Notes: a model not told the origin generated them from the sequence alone. 64,000 nucleotides of DNA from Candidatus Nitrosopolaris sp. (GCA_051985775.1 JBPYDP010000022.1:12133-76132), one strand, 5' to 3'; positions 21,420 to 32,270 are shown, counted from the first letter of the stretch. A program made the numbers and translations.

Positions 21420-23240
21420 TTATTGTTCATCTACATAAATTATTAATTGGTTGCTCATTTCACTTGTTGAAGTCAATATCCTAGTAACAGACTTCGTAAG
21501 TAACTCAATACTAGGATTATCGCCCGAGATATTACCCGGGAGCACCAAATATACACGTATTTTTGAGCCTAGTACCTCTCGCAACTCTTGATTGACAGTT
21601 GCTGTGTATGGTCTTAATGCACCCCTAAATACCTCTGATCTAGCTCTTATGAGTCCAGATATCTTCTTGCCGACGGGAGAATCTGGTCCGATAATTACTA
21701 TAGAGCCTTGTGAACTTTTGTATTTTTCGGGGTTCTCAAAAGCTCCAGGAGGTGACATAATATTAACTACTTCCTTAACAATCATACTAGGTATATTAAT
21801 GAAATTGTCGACCCATAGATCCCATTTCCATCGCTCAACCGAGATTAATGGCGCATTGTAATCATAGTCGCCAGTAATATGGATCAAACCGTCAAGGCTT
21901 CCGAATTTAGATTTTACGGTTTCGAAAATCATCCTTACACTTCGTTCATTAGATAGATCGACTGAATGGGAATGAAAATCCTCGAATCGTTCGGTATCAA
22001 CGGATTCTCTTGTGAGTATTACCACTTGTTTGGCATGGTTGCAGCTCAACTCTGTGGCAATCTTAAGCGCTCTATCCAACTCCTTTTCCACTGAGGAGCT
22101 TATTGTAATGACAAAAACCTTATCGACTAAGTTAGGCAGTTGCTGGTTCGCATCTAATGTGGATGTTCCAATAAGTGGCTTAACTGGGTAAAATACACGG
22201 TCGTTTGGAACAATTCTGCCGTTAACCAATTTGCTAATTTTATCATCGCACAAATTCAGAACCATATTTGCAACATCATCTTGTGTTAAAAACTCGCCAT
22301 CCACAATCATCTTTGATGTGTTTGATTGGATCTTTTCAGCTATTTCTTGTAATTTTCTAAGTAACTCCAAAATCAGTGAAACTAAATTTGAGGGTTCTGG
22401 AGGTCCAGATTCCATGCCCTCACGGAATCTAGAAATCTCGTTAGCTATCTTATTAACACCTTTGATAATAATTGGTTCCGGCTGATCAAGTAAATCTAAT
22501 AAGCTCTTAGTTGCCTTTTCTATTTCCAAGGAATTAAGCCCTTTAAAGCCGCCAATTCTCAAGAACTCAGCCGCTGCCTTCGGATATACAGTCCTGTATA
22601 TTCTGTCCGAGTGAACTGGCCCAGGATTTGTGGCGATGGATTTAAACCCTTTTTCTACTAACTCCCATGCCAAAGCTTCTGATAATCGATTTTTGGATCC
22701 CTGTGCAGAAGTGTAAGGAGCTCTGAACCGATATGGTCGTTGCTCAAATTTATTTTCCTCAGTAAAAAATGTAGATACGGTAATGATTTTACCCCCAGGC
22801 TGCAATGCCCTAATTCCATGGACAGTGGCACAAAATGTTCCAGTTAGATGAATTGCAACACATTCTTTAAATTCTGCATAGCTAGTGTTAGTGAATGCTT
22901 TGACTGGACCCGAGATGCCAGCGTTGTTTACAATAATATCAACTTTGCCAAATTCTCGCTTGATCTCTCTGTACATTCCACTTATTCCAGATTCATCTGA
23001 TACGTCCACCCCCGGAAAGCTCTTGACGATGGCATCTGAGGCTACATGCTTCATAGTTTCCAATAATAGGTCAAATGTATTCTCAAGGGGCTCCTTTCTT
23101 CTTCCCATAATAATTATGTGTGCACCATTCTCAGCAAACTTCTTTGCAATTGCTTGACCTATCCCAGTGCCGCTGCCAGTAATTACAACTACTTTGCCCC
23201 GATATTTGAGAGGCCCAAGTATTTGGCTTTCCACGGCCAT
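21420..23240 (-). CDS. two-domain SDR oxidoreductase
   Basis: TGSGTGIG, NNAG, PGP; second degenerate Rossmann domain. Confidence 0.85.
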   Translation of the reverse strand: MAVESQILGPLKYRGKVVVITGSGTGIGQAIAKKFAENGAHIIIMGRRKEPLENTFDLLLETMKHVASDAIVKSFPGVDVSDESGISGMYREIKREFGKVDIIVNNAGISGPVKAFTNTSYAEFKECVAIHLTGTFCATVHGIRALQPGGKIITVSTFFTEENKFEQRPYRFRAPYTSAQGSKNRLSEALAWELVEKGFKSIATNPGPVHSDRIYRTVYPKAAAEFLRIGGFKGLNSLEIEKATKSLLDLLDQPEPIIIKGVNKIANEISRFREGMESGPPEPSNLVSLILELLRKLQEIAEKIQSNTSKMIVDGEFLTQDDVANMVLNLCDDKISKLVNGRIVPNDRVFYPVKPLIGTSTLDANQQLPNLVDKVFVITISSSVEKELDRALKIATELSCNHAKQVVILTRESVDTERFEDFHSHSVDLSNERSVRMIFETVKSKFGSLDGLIHITGDYDYNAPLISVERWKWDLWVDNFINIPSMIVKEVVNIMSPPGAFENPEKYKSSQGSIVIIGPDSPVGKKISGLIRARSEVFRGALRPYTATVNQELREVLGSKIRVYLVLPGNISGDNPSIELLTKSVTRILTSTSEMSNQLIIYVDEQ

Positions 23241-23403
23241 ACGACTCTTGCATTATTATTAAAGGTACTGAAGTATCACGTGAAATTGTAGCCGCTGCAA
23301 TAGTATGCAGCGCGGTAGTCTAAATACGGGCGATAATTCCAGGATAAAAAATGTATTGAATATCGCACCGAGAATTTATTAAGAAGTCAAGTGTCTCGGT
23401 AAT

Positions 23404-24051
23404 ATGAGATTTCCGGAGGCCAAATTTAGGCTTAACTCAAAGGATGGCTCAGTAGAATTGGAGGGGCCAGCAACTTTTGTCGATAAGCATCTGGAAAAGA
23501 TTGAGCGGATATTCAATTCAGAGATTGGGGAGACTGTGCTTAGGCGGTTCGGCACCATTTCTGATATGGAGACAAACCGCTTTGATATTCAAAATCTAAA
23601 AGCTCGTAGCAAGCGAGCGATTGCACAAACTGCTACTTCTAAGCATAACGCTCCGAGGCAGTCCTCATCTCTTCCCCCTATTCCAGTGGATTTAAAGGGA
23701 AATGGTGCAAAATTAGGGCTTAGACAGTTTTATGAACAAAAGAATCCATCGAATCATTATGAAAGGACAGTTGTCTTTTCTTATTATTTAGTCTATCACA
23801 ATCGGCAATCCGTTATCAAGTATGGCGAGCTTCTATCATGCTATGAGGAGGTAGGTGAGAAAAAACCCAGTATAACGGACATTGTGAAAAACACTATCAG
23901 GTATAAAGGGTGGCTCGAACCTGGACTAGAGAAAAATACAACTCGCCTCACTATATCTGGAGAAAATTTTGTAAAGTTTGACCTTCCATCGCACAAAACA
24001 AGAGTTATGATTGAACAACCAAGCGGTGTCTTATCGGCCACAGGCACGTGA
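23404..24051 (+). CDS. hypothetical protein
   Basis: 215-aa ORF with TTTATTAA upstream. Confidence 0.7.
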   Translation: MRFPEAKFRLNSKDGSVELEGPATFVDKHLEKIERIFNSEIGETVLRRFGTISDMETNRFDIQNLKARSKRAIAQTATSKHNAPRQSSSLPPIPVDLKGNGAKLGLRQFYEQKNPSNHYERTVVFSYYLVYHNRQSVIKYGELLSCYEEVGEKKPSITDIVKNTIRYKGWLEPGLEKNTTRLTISGENFVKFDLPSHKTRVMIEQPSGVLSATGT

Positions 24052-24055
24052 CACA

Positions 24056-24607
24056 TTATGCTCTCCACCACTCGAATCCTATAAAGTCCACCTTCTCTTC
24101 CTTGACTTGTGGGAGTGCCAAAATGAATTGTTTCTTCACGGTTGTTGCCAATCTTCCAAATAGCACGATTCCGGTGGCTGTTATATCTTCGTTCTGCTCA
24201 AAGACCTGAACTAAATATGGTGCATGGTCAATACCTGGCCCCTTTTCATAAACGGCAAAGTCACATCCAAATTTAAGTCCTGGAGATACAATATATCCTC
24301 TTTCTCGCAGATATTTGAAAACAACATATTTCATTTCAAAGTTTGCATACTCTTTACTGCAAATAGCCCTAATATCCTTATACGACAATAGCCTCCGAAA
24401 CTTGTTGATGATTATGAGCTCGCCAATTTGGCTAAGATAACAGCCTTCCATCAAATCCAAAATTAGAGGCGAATCAAATTGAAACCCTTTTGGTTTTGAG
24501 ATTCCAAGTGGTTTTCCATAATAACCATTTCCGAATAGCCTATGAGAGTGATCTTGATTCCAGATGATAATTCGATTCTCAATTAAGAGGCCTTCAACTT
24601 CTGGCAT
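24056..24607 (-). CDS. endA: tRNA splicing endonuclease, catalytic subunit
   Basis: GLKFGCDFAVY...DHAPY...TTVKK carries the Tyr/His/Lys triad; GYYGKPLGISKPKG loop; ATG overlaps the upstream TAA (TAATG). Confidence 0.95.
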   Translation of the reverse strand: MPEVEGLLIENRIIIWNQDHSHRLFGNGYYGKPLGISKPKGFQFDSPLILDLMEGCYLSQIGELIIINKFRRLLSYKDIRAICSKEYANFEMKYVVFKYLRERGYIVSPGLKFGCDFAVYEKGPGIDHAPYLVQVFEQNEDITATGIVLFGRLATTVKKQFILALPQVKEEKVDFIGFEWWRA

Positions 24608-25260
24608 TACATACTCAGCGCTAATATAGTCAATGAATCTGAAGTCTCTTGGCACTTATCGGCCATCCCTTCGATTCCCTCTACAGCATCTTTTAACAAA
24701 AGCAAATCTTTAGTGACGGAAATCTCACTCAGGGCCTTAATGATGGTGCCCCTATACTTAGTATCAACTAGCCTTTCCAACTTCTCAACACCTTGGGCGA
24801 GCTCGATTGTGGTTGCCGGGTTAATACTCAAAGCCCTAGCCATGTCATTCAATTTAAAAATCGCGTCGACGACCATTCCAACTAATTCCTGCAGGTCATC
24901 ATCAAATCGTCCCTTTTTCAACGAGGCGACTTTCATATTAGCTAGCCTAAAGGCCACTCCACTAATATAACCTGCAATATCGTCCATGTGATATGCGGCT
25001 CTCAATACGTCCTCCCGGTACGCCATCAAGCTGCCTATTTCTGTAACTTCTCGGGTAATTTTACGGCGAAGATTTTCCACTTCTTCCTCAGCCGTCCTCA
25101 TCCTTTCCAACGAAGCATGCATATCCTTGATTTCTGCTCTGACAAGTGAGGTTGTAAGAGCAGACAGCTCTCTAGCAGAATTTAAAATCCTACTAAACTC
25201 ATCCTGCAACACGGCCAGCGCTTTTCTTTTGGCTTGGAGCTCCAGTTCCCCACTGTACAC
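24607..25260 (-). CDS. DUF47/PhoU-like protein
   Basis: All-helical; EEEVENLRR...REDVL...DDIA pattern. Confidence 0.78.
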   Translation of the reverse strand: MYSGELELQAKRKALAVLQDEFSRILNSARELSALTTSLVRAEIKDMHASLERMRTAEEEVENLRRKITREVTEIGSLMAYREDVLRAAYHMDDIAGYISGVAFRLANMKVASLKKGRFDDDLQELVGMVVDAIFKLNDMARALSINPATTIELAQGVEKLERLVDTKYRGTIIKALSEISVTKDLLLLKDAVEGIEGMADKCQETSDSLTILALSM

Positions 25261-25441
25261 TTATTTATAACCATCTCCCCAGGCTATTAATTCTTTTGAC
25301 GAGTATAGGGAATATTTTTGAAAGTCATATTCTCGGTTGGTTCAATGCAACACGATCTCAAAATATTAAGCAGATTTTTTGAATCGTGTTGGTCGAACCC
25401 AACAGGACATATATTAAGATCGATCTGTTGACATCAAGCAT

Positions 25442-26452
25442 TTACAGCAGCAGAGCATTACGAATATCTATCAAATCTCTGAAGATAGCACTTGCAGTTG
25501 GCATGCCTCCGGCTCCTTGGCCTATAATTGTATGCTCACCTGAATGTTGGGAACAAAATGTCACAGCATTCAGGGTACCATTCACACAAACTGGATCGCT
25601 ATATGACAGCTCCACAGGCTTGACAATGAGACGTCCGTCTTCACACTTGCCGATCAATTTTATAGCCTTCCCTCTTCTACTGGCGTTTTTGACCTCCAAC
25701 AGATCAACGTCACCAATCCCATGCCTGCACACGTCTTTTATAGTGACTTTCATACCCATAATCCAATTAGCCATTATCACCAATTTGGCTGCTACGTCGA
25801 AACCATCAATATCAAGTGCTGAAGATGCCTCAGCAAACCCGTTTAATTTAGCGTCGTTAAATGCATCATTAAAATCGAGACCTTGTTCCATTTTGCTTAG
25901 AATGTAATTTGTAGTTCCATTGAGAATACCACGAAATGATACTATGTTGTCACCTTTCAAACTTCTCTTCGCAAATTCCAATATTGGGGTTCCCCCTCCA
26001 ACGGTCCCGCTAAAGCGAAGTTTAACGTTATTGTAGTTCGCAAGCTCCAAGAGTGAAGGAAAAGCCAGGGCAAGGGGACCCTTGTTGACAGTAATGACAT
26101 GCTTACCTGATTTCATTGAGGCAACTATATTGGAAGTACCCGGCTCACCACTATCAAGGTTGGTCGGAGTTAATTCAATGACAAGTTCTGCATTAGTCTT
26201 CTCAATAAGATCAAGCAATTCATACATAGGTTCTGACCTATTATAACCCCCTACGGTTCCGAACAATTTTTTTGCCTCGAGCAACCTCTCAAGGTTAAGT
26301 CCTGTCGTTGATACAGCGGAGCCACGGCTGTCGACGCATGCCACCACGCGAGGTTTGACGCCATATAACTTATATAGATCTATGGAACGTGACAACATTA
26401 GCCTTGCGAGACTCTGACCAACGACTCCAAAACCAACTAGAAGCAATCGCAC
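25442..26452 (-). CDS. hom: homoserine dehydrogenase
   Basis: GFGVVG, NKGPLA, VGGGTP, GILNGTTNYIL, GAGG. Confidence 0.95.
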   Translation of the reverse strand: MRLLLVGFGVVGQSLARLMLSRSIDLYKLYGVKPRVVACVDSRGSAVSTTGLNLERLLEAKKLFGTVGGYNRSEPMYELLDLIEKTNAELVIELTPTNLDSGEPGTSNIVASMKSGKHVITVNKGPLALAFPSLLELANYNNVKLRFSGTVGGGTPILEFAKRSLKGDNIVSFRGILNGTTNYILSKMEQGLDFNDAFNDAKLNGFAEASSALDIDGFDVAAKLVIMANWIMGMKVTIKDVCRHGIGDVDLLEVKNASRRGKAIKLIGKCEDGRLIVKPVELSYSDPVCVNGTLNAVTFCSQHSGEHTIIGQGAGGMPTASAIFRDLIDIRNALLL

Positions 26453-26920
26453 GGGACTTGGATGTCAAATTGGGCTTAATATGTTTAAATCCACCTCCAA
26501 AGTGTAAATCGATAAATTTGGGCAACCACAAAGATCCACTGTGGTTCGCGAGCTCTCGATTGTCCCACCAGAGGCTTTGAGGAGGAATTTATATTTATTT
26601 GGGCTTCGACTCGCGTACACTTGTCCAACTTTTTAAAATACGGAAAAGTAGGATAGGTATTACAAGACAAGCAGTTTATTGCCTCTCAGGATCCAGTAAT
26701 CAAATGATCTTTTAGATAAATGCAATCATTGAATGAAGGACCCTAAATAACTAACAAGCTGCCTTGATGAATGGTGTATCTATGAAATGGACATTCAGGC
26801 GCGGATATGGTCAAGATTATCTAATGATTTTGGTTCCTGTGGTGGGGCGAGTAATGCTACTACAATAAAAAGATTCAAAAGCTACTAGTTGTTAACTAAA
26901 AAATAATCCAAAGTTAAAGG

Positions 26921-27223
26921 ATGAATATGGATATGACCTCAACAAAGAAGGAGTTAAAACGCAAAGAAAATGAGGAACGTTTGTCAAATGCAATATCCAC
27001 GTTGGATAATATTTCAAAAAATACCAACATTCAAAGAAACATTCGAAATATGATAAAAGAAGTGTTTTTCGCTCTGAAAGATGAAAAGGGTGGGAGTGTA
27101 TCTGTTCGAGCCGCAAATGCAATCAGTATGCTCGATACGATTACCCAAAACCCTCAAATGCAGTCTCACATTAGGACCATGCTCTGGCAAGTAGTATCAA
27201 CCTTGGAGAGCATTAGAGAGTAA
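26921..27223 (+). CDS. UPF0147 family protein
   Basis: RNIR...VRAANAIS.LD...P.M.SH.RT.LWQVVS.LE. Confidence 0.87.
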   Translation: MNMDMTSTKKELKRKENEERLSNAISTLDNISKNTNIQRNIRNMIKEVFFALKDEKGGSVSVRAANAISMLDTITQNPQMQSHIRTMLWQVVSTLESIRE

Positions 27224-27449
27224 ATAGAATTATCTGGTGATGTCAGTATCTCTTACTGGCTTTAGTGGCGGGGGGAGTTTTTCAAGTTTGTGAGTTGGAT
27301 TAGCTAAATAATGTCTTGAAGCTCCTTCACCACTTAAAACAATATTACAATCTATGCACCTATATCTTATTGCCAAGTATACTATCTAATTGTATAAGTC
27401 GCGATACAAGGCTAAAAATGCTCCGTATGCTAAATTCCTTTTTTGTCAA

Positions 27450-29639
27450 TTACTTTAGCTTGATAATTTCTCGATTATCCGGGACACCCGATCTAATTTT
27501 GAGCTTACGGTAAATGGTGCTTGCTATGCTTTCGGACTTGGATTTCTCTCCATGATTCACAAGAACTCGTTTAGGCCTTATTCTAGAGACAAAGTTCAAT
27601 ATTTGATTAAAATCACTGTGACCACTGAACCCGTCAATTTTATGAGACTTACACTTAACTCGAACAACTTTTACCTTGCCTGCCTGATCTAACATGCTCG
27701 CCTCAGTAAGCGTTCCATCGACAATCCTTCTTCCAAGAGTACCATTGATCTGGTAAGAAACAAATACAATCTTATTTTTTGGTGAAGGTGCAATTTCTTT
27801 AAAGTATTCGACTGACGGGCCTCCCTCAAGCATTCCTGAAGTCGCCATAATGATGGTAGGGTTCTCATCATCTAAAACCTCTTGCCTTTTGTTTGGTCCG
27901 TTAACCGGGGTAAAATACTCCGACTCGAAGGGGTTAGTCCCCTGAGAAACAGACTTTCGGACATCGTACCCTAAATAATGTGCGTAAGACATATGAATAG
28001 CACTAGCCTCTGAGATCATTCCCTCTATGTAAATTGGAGTTTCAATCAGCCTACCTTCACGCATTTCTTTATCTATCACTAGCATTATTTCTTGTGCGCG
28101 ACCTACTGCCGGAACAGGAATAAGCACCTTTCCACCCTCAACCAATGTGTTGTTGATACTTTGGGTAAAAGTAGAATATACGGTTGATTGATCAGGCATT
28201 ACATCAGAATTACTACCATATGTACTCTCTGTTATGAGAGTTTCAACTCTTGGGTACATGGAGGAAGCACTGTCAAGGAGCTGCGTTTTTGCGTACTTAT
28301 AGTCACCAGAGTAGAGTATATTGTGTACTCCAGAAATATTTAGATGGACTGTGGCGCTACCTAGGATGTGACCAGCGTTGTTCAGCGTGATAGTTATATC
28401 CGGAGAAATATCAGTTGGTTTGCCGTACGGTAGTGTTATACAATGCTTAATAACTTCATTTACGTCTCTTACTTCATAAGTCAAATATGTCCCATTGGTT
28501 TTCGATATTTTTATCGAGTCCATTTGGAGGAGGGTCATTAAAGGTAACGTAGGCTCGGTACAATAAATTGGGCCGCTGTAACCGTACTTATAAAGGCTAG
28601 GGAGAAACCCCTGATGGTCAATATGTGCATGACTTACCACTACTGCATCGAGCTCGCTTAAGTTAAAATCAAACCAATCTAGCCTCGGATAAGCATCTGT
28701 TCCACTACTCTCACCCGGATTGATGTCGCAATCCAACATCACTTTGCTTTCCGCGGTTGCCACTATAAAACAAGACCTTCCCACTTGCTTTACTCCACCA
28801 AGACAAAATAGGTTGACCTCTTTGTTCTGTTGCTGACCCCTCTGGCTGAAAGATGAGTCTAAGGTGTTCATCTTGCCGAGTAAGTTGCTCTTAGGATATG
28901 GGTTACTAATCTCAAATAGTGGAGTCCTGAATATGCGGGCCCCTAGTTCCTGCAGGAAAACCGACCTTTCCTTGGCAGAGCTCTTCAAATTAGAATGAAT
29001 CGTATTAATTATGTAAGACGGCAGATGTGGAGATAGTCGAGTGTGGGCAATCCAACCTGTTGACTTGGCTATTTCTATGACTATTTCCGGGCTAACAGCA
29101 TCAGGTCTGTTAACTTCCAGGATAACTTCTCCTGTAGCATCGTCACAGAACACTGCAGACACTAAGACATCCTTTGGTAGCAGTTTGACCACTGTCCTTC
29201 TTGTGTCGTCTTCGGGCATTCTGATCGATGGATCTGTGCGAACGACGAATCTTTTCTTAAAGCTTTTGGAGAGGTTAGACAAGTGGAATGTCAATTCTGT
29301 AAGTGAGAAGCCAGGATTGCGAGTATAAAGAGCTATATTTGGCCCTTCGAATTTTGCAGATATTATTTGAGATTCAGGTGGAATAGACAGTAAAATAGCC
29401 TTGGTAATCCCACTTTCCTTATCTAACGTCAATCTGGCAACATGACTTTCCTTTTCTTTCGCGGGTACGATCGTTCTAGGCAAATTCCTGTAAAGCCCAT
29501 TTTCAGTATGGAGTCCCTTCCTGGTATGATTATCATAGTTCTTTTTCCATTTTTGTCTCGATGAAGCTTCAACGCTACGTCGACTATCAGATTTCTCTTC
29601 CTTCACGCGAAGGTCGTTTGATTTTCGATTTTCTCGCAC
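27450..29639 (-). CDS. KH-domain beta-CASP ribonuclease (aCPSF1/FttA family); start uncertain
   Basis: FEGPNIALY KH region, HAHIDH, AGHILG, ESTYG, GRAQE, FSGHSD, NHGE. Confidence 0.9.
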   Translation of the reverse strand: MRENRKSNDLRVKEEKSDSRRSVEASSRQKWKKNYDNHTRKGLHTENGLYRNLPRTIVPAKEKESHVARLTLDKESGITKAILLSIPPESQIISAKFEGPNIALYTRNPGFSLTELTFHLSNLSKSFKKRFVVRTDPSIRMPEDDTRRTVVKLLPKDVLVSAVFCDDATGEVILEVNRPDAVSPEIVIEIAKSTGWIAHTRLSPHLPSYIINTIHSNLKSSAKERSVFLQELGARIFRTPLFEISNPYPKSNLLGKMNTLDSSFSQRGQQQNKEVNLFCLGGVKQVGRSCFIVATAESKVMLDCDINPGESSGTDAYPRLDWFDFNLSELDAVVVSHAHIDHQGFLPSLYKYGYSGPIYCTEPTLPLMTLLQMDSIKISKTNGTYLTYEVRDVNEVIKHCITLPYGKPTDISPDITITLNNAGHILGSATVHLNISGVHNILYSGDYKYAKTQLLDSASSMYPRVETLITESTYGSNSDVMPDQSTVYSTFTQSINNTLVEGGKVLIPVPAVGRAQEIMLVIDKEMREGRLIETPIYIEGMISEASAIHMSYAHYLGYDVRKSVSQGTNPFESEYFTPVNGPNKRQEVLDDENPTIIMATSGMLEGGPSVEYFKEIAPSPKNKIVFVSYQINGTLGRRIVDGTLTEASMLDQAGKVKVVRVKCKSHKIDGFSGHSDFNQILNFVSRIRPKRVLVNHGEKSKSESIASTIYRKLKIRSGVPDNREIIKLK

Positions 29640-30541
29640 GTCTTATTTATCCAGCTTCTTTCGGTATTTCCTTCAAACGCAGCTACAAGGTTGCATACTA
29701 AATGGAAAGTACGTCGCAGACATCTAGACCGACAATAAGCCGATTAGTAATAGAATGCATCCATTAATATATTTTTAGAGGCACAATCAGTGTAGTTATC
29801 AAATCCAAAGATATTTTTCCCCGTGAGTTTAAATACTAAACTGCCATACTACATTTTTTCCGTGATTGGGCAATTTCACCACCAAGGAGACAAAAATGAA
29901 TTGAATCCTACTCCTAATGATGTTGTTACTGTATGGCACTTTTATATCAGTTAATGGAATTCGAAAACGTGGCTATCGATGAAATCGCGGTCAGAAGAAT
30001 TGCCAACGATGTTATGATTGTCTGATTTAAATATTGAACTTTACATAGAGTCGAGTTCTAGATGCCTTGTCAAAGAGGTTTAAATCAAAAGGGGGTGGAC
30101 CAATATTATGGGAAATTTCACTCCGATCTCTACTTTCGTCTTGTTCCACACTGGCAATCAGTTTAGATCGACCGTATTTAAATCAAATCATAAATTTGTT
30201 GAGTGCCAATTATCCTACTATTTGACAGAACAATTACTCGAATTACAAGCCTGATTAAATTACACAAGGAGAATTTTATTATTACCAAGGGCTAGACAGT
30301 ATGGTAAGGTTGTGACAAAGACTGCCCTGTGTTATGGAAATGTTACTATAGTACTGTTGGAAGAGTGAGATGGTACTCGAAGACAGACATTGAATTATGT
30401 AGGTTAGGCTGATCTTCTGCTCAGAATCACGCAAGCTAAATGAAGTGCTTGATAAAGGTAAATTCCCTTTGCCGTATGATTTACTATTGCTGAAATGCTA
30501 CTTTATAATAAAGATAATCCCGATATAACTCGGGATTAAAT

Positions 30542-31291
30542 TTGACAAGCATTGACAATCTTGATTTGCATTCAGGGCATGATTCTAAAAAAAAAATTGC
30601 TAAACCCCCATTAAACATTTTGTTTAATTCTTCACTAGTAAATAGGAAAGATATTTGGGACATCGATATTGGCATGTTACTTAAGATGCTCCTACAGATT
30701 CTCAATGAAACTGGAAAGAAGGATCTTCGTCTTTGTGGAGTTGCTGCGTTATCATCTTCAATGATTCATCGCCTTAAAGTAGAGAGCATTTTTAGGTTGG
30801 ATAAAATCGCAACACAACGAAAAATCGACTTGATCCGAGAATCTGATGTACCAATTGCGGATCTAAACACGATCGAGCTCCCGTTCAGACTTGAATCTAC
30901 GTACCCGATATCGCTCAATGATCTAATCCAGATGATGGAGAACATGATCTTCGAATTGTCAAGTCCAGACTACGGCAAGAGAAAACTCAATCTTGAACCA
31001 GTTCAAGCAGCTGAAATTGAAGAATACTCACACCAACTTGAGCAAATTATACTTGAATATCAAGAGACAATCCTAGATAAAATTTTGTCATCTGGCGAAA
31101 TTATGTTCAAGTTGCTTGTTTTGGGATTAGAACAGATTGAAATCGCGAGGTATTTTATAGCTTTGCTATACCTCGCCACTGAAGAAAAGATTAGCCTACA
31201 GGATTGCGAAGAATGCGAAGACATAAAAATCATGACCAAACGAGAACGTATGAAATCTGATAACTTCCTAAACCCCCCACCTGAACGATAA
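30542..31291 (+). CDS. scpA: segregation/condensation protein A (kleisin)
   Basis: DIWDIDI and FIALLYLA; directly precedes scpB. Confidence 0.8.
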   Translation: MTSIDNLDLHSGHDSKKKIAKPPLNILFNSSLVNRKDIWDIDIGMLLKMLLQILNETGKKDLRLCGVAALSSSMIHRLKVESIFRLDKIATQRKIDLIRESDVPIADLNTIELPFRLESTYPISLNDLIQMMENMIFELSSPDYGKRKLNLEPVQAAEIEEYSHQLEQIILEYQETILDKILSSGEIMFKLLVLGLEQIEIARYFIALLYLATEEKISLQDCEECEDIKIMTKRERMKSDNFLNPPPER

Positions 31292-31824
31292 TGCCAAAAA
31301 ATCTTCCGATTGGGGAAATATCGGCTAGGATCGAGGCTGCACTTTACTCTGCCGGTCGCCCTTTGTCTATAGATGAATTAGTCAAAGCGTCCAGCTCCTC
31401 AAGGTCGACCACGCTGGGGGTCCTCCATGACTTGATTGAAAAGGCAAAATCGGTCTTCACTGCCTTAGAATTTAAGGAATTGGCCGACAAAACTTTCGTC
31501 TTTCAGCTAAAACCAAGCTATAGCCCGATGATTAGAAGGTATGCGCAACGGCCACTGATCCCAGCGTCTTCTCTCAAAACCTTATCGTATATCACATATG
31601 AACAACCCGTAACGTCCAAACGTCTTCTGCAAATTAGGGGTAGCCAGGTATACATCCACCTTAGGATTTTGAGGCGTATGGGATTCATCGAATATGAAAG
31701 CCTCTCGAGGTCACGTACCTATCGTACTACTAGGAAGTTCCAAGCCTACTTTGGAGTAGCCGATCTTGAATCCTTAAAGAGTTTACTTCCAAAAAATCTT
31801 AAAAACGCGGTCGCTACACAATGA
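31291..31824 (+). CDS. scpB: segregation/condensation protein B
   Basis: IEAALY, LKTLSYITYEQPVT, IRG, YRTTRKFQAYFG. Confidence 0.92.
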   Translation: MPKNLPIGEISARIEAALYSAGRPLSIDELVKASSSSRSTTLGVLHDLIEKAKSVFTALEFKELADKTFVFQLKPSYSPMIRRYAQRPLIPASSLKTLSYITYEQPVTSKRLLQIRGSQVYIHLRILRRMGFIEYESLSRSRTYRTTRKFQAYFGVADLESLKSLLPKNLKNAVATQ

Positions 31825-31883
31825 CCTTATTTCATGAATTTGCTTAGAAAGTCTTAATTATAGGATGGCTAGCGTAATATGCA

Positions 31884-32270
31884 TTGAGAAAATCGTTGGA
31901 AAATCTAACTAAACGTAAACCTTCCGGAGGCAGAAGGATCGCATCAAGAAGTAGACGCAAATTCGAGATCGATAGATATCCAAGCGAAGCTGGTGTTGGT
32001 ACCAACATCATTGATACTCGAAGAACTAGAGGAAACAATAGTAAATCGTCCATAAAAACAGTTCAAACTGTAAATGTTACCGATCCTTCTTCAAGAAGGA
32101 CCACTAAGTTACGAATCAAGAATGTGACGAAAAACCCAGCAAACAAGGATTACGAGAGAAGAGGAGTAGTTAGTAGAGGAGCTTTATTAGAAACTGACGA
32201 AGGAACAGCTAGAGTAGTTTCAAGGCCAGGGCAAGACGGTATTGTTAATGCTATTTTAGTTCAAAGCTAG
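31884..32270 (+). CDS. rps8e: 30S ribosomal protein S8e
   Basis: RKPSGG, RTRG, SRPGQDG. Confidence 0.96.
   Translation: MRKSLENLTKRKPSGGRRIASRSRRKFEIDRYPSEAGVGTNIIDTRRTRGNNSKSSIKTVQTVNVTDPSSRRTTKLRIKNVTKNPANKDYERRGVVSRGALLETDEGTARVVSRPGQDGIVNAILVQS

Noticed and set aside
25386-25907. 173-aa ORF antisense to hom, and similar shadow ORFs across the window
   Set aside because: They lie opposite well-supported genes and have no motifs of their own.
29640-30540. 0.9-kb gap before scpAB as an smc remnant or RNA gene
   Set aside because: By eye I found no SMC-like translation and no tRNA or other RNA fold. A blastx search would be needed to exclude a relic.
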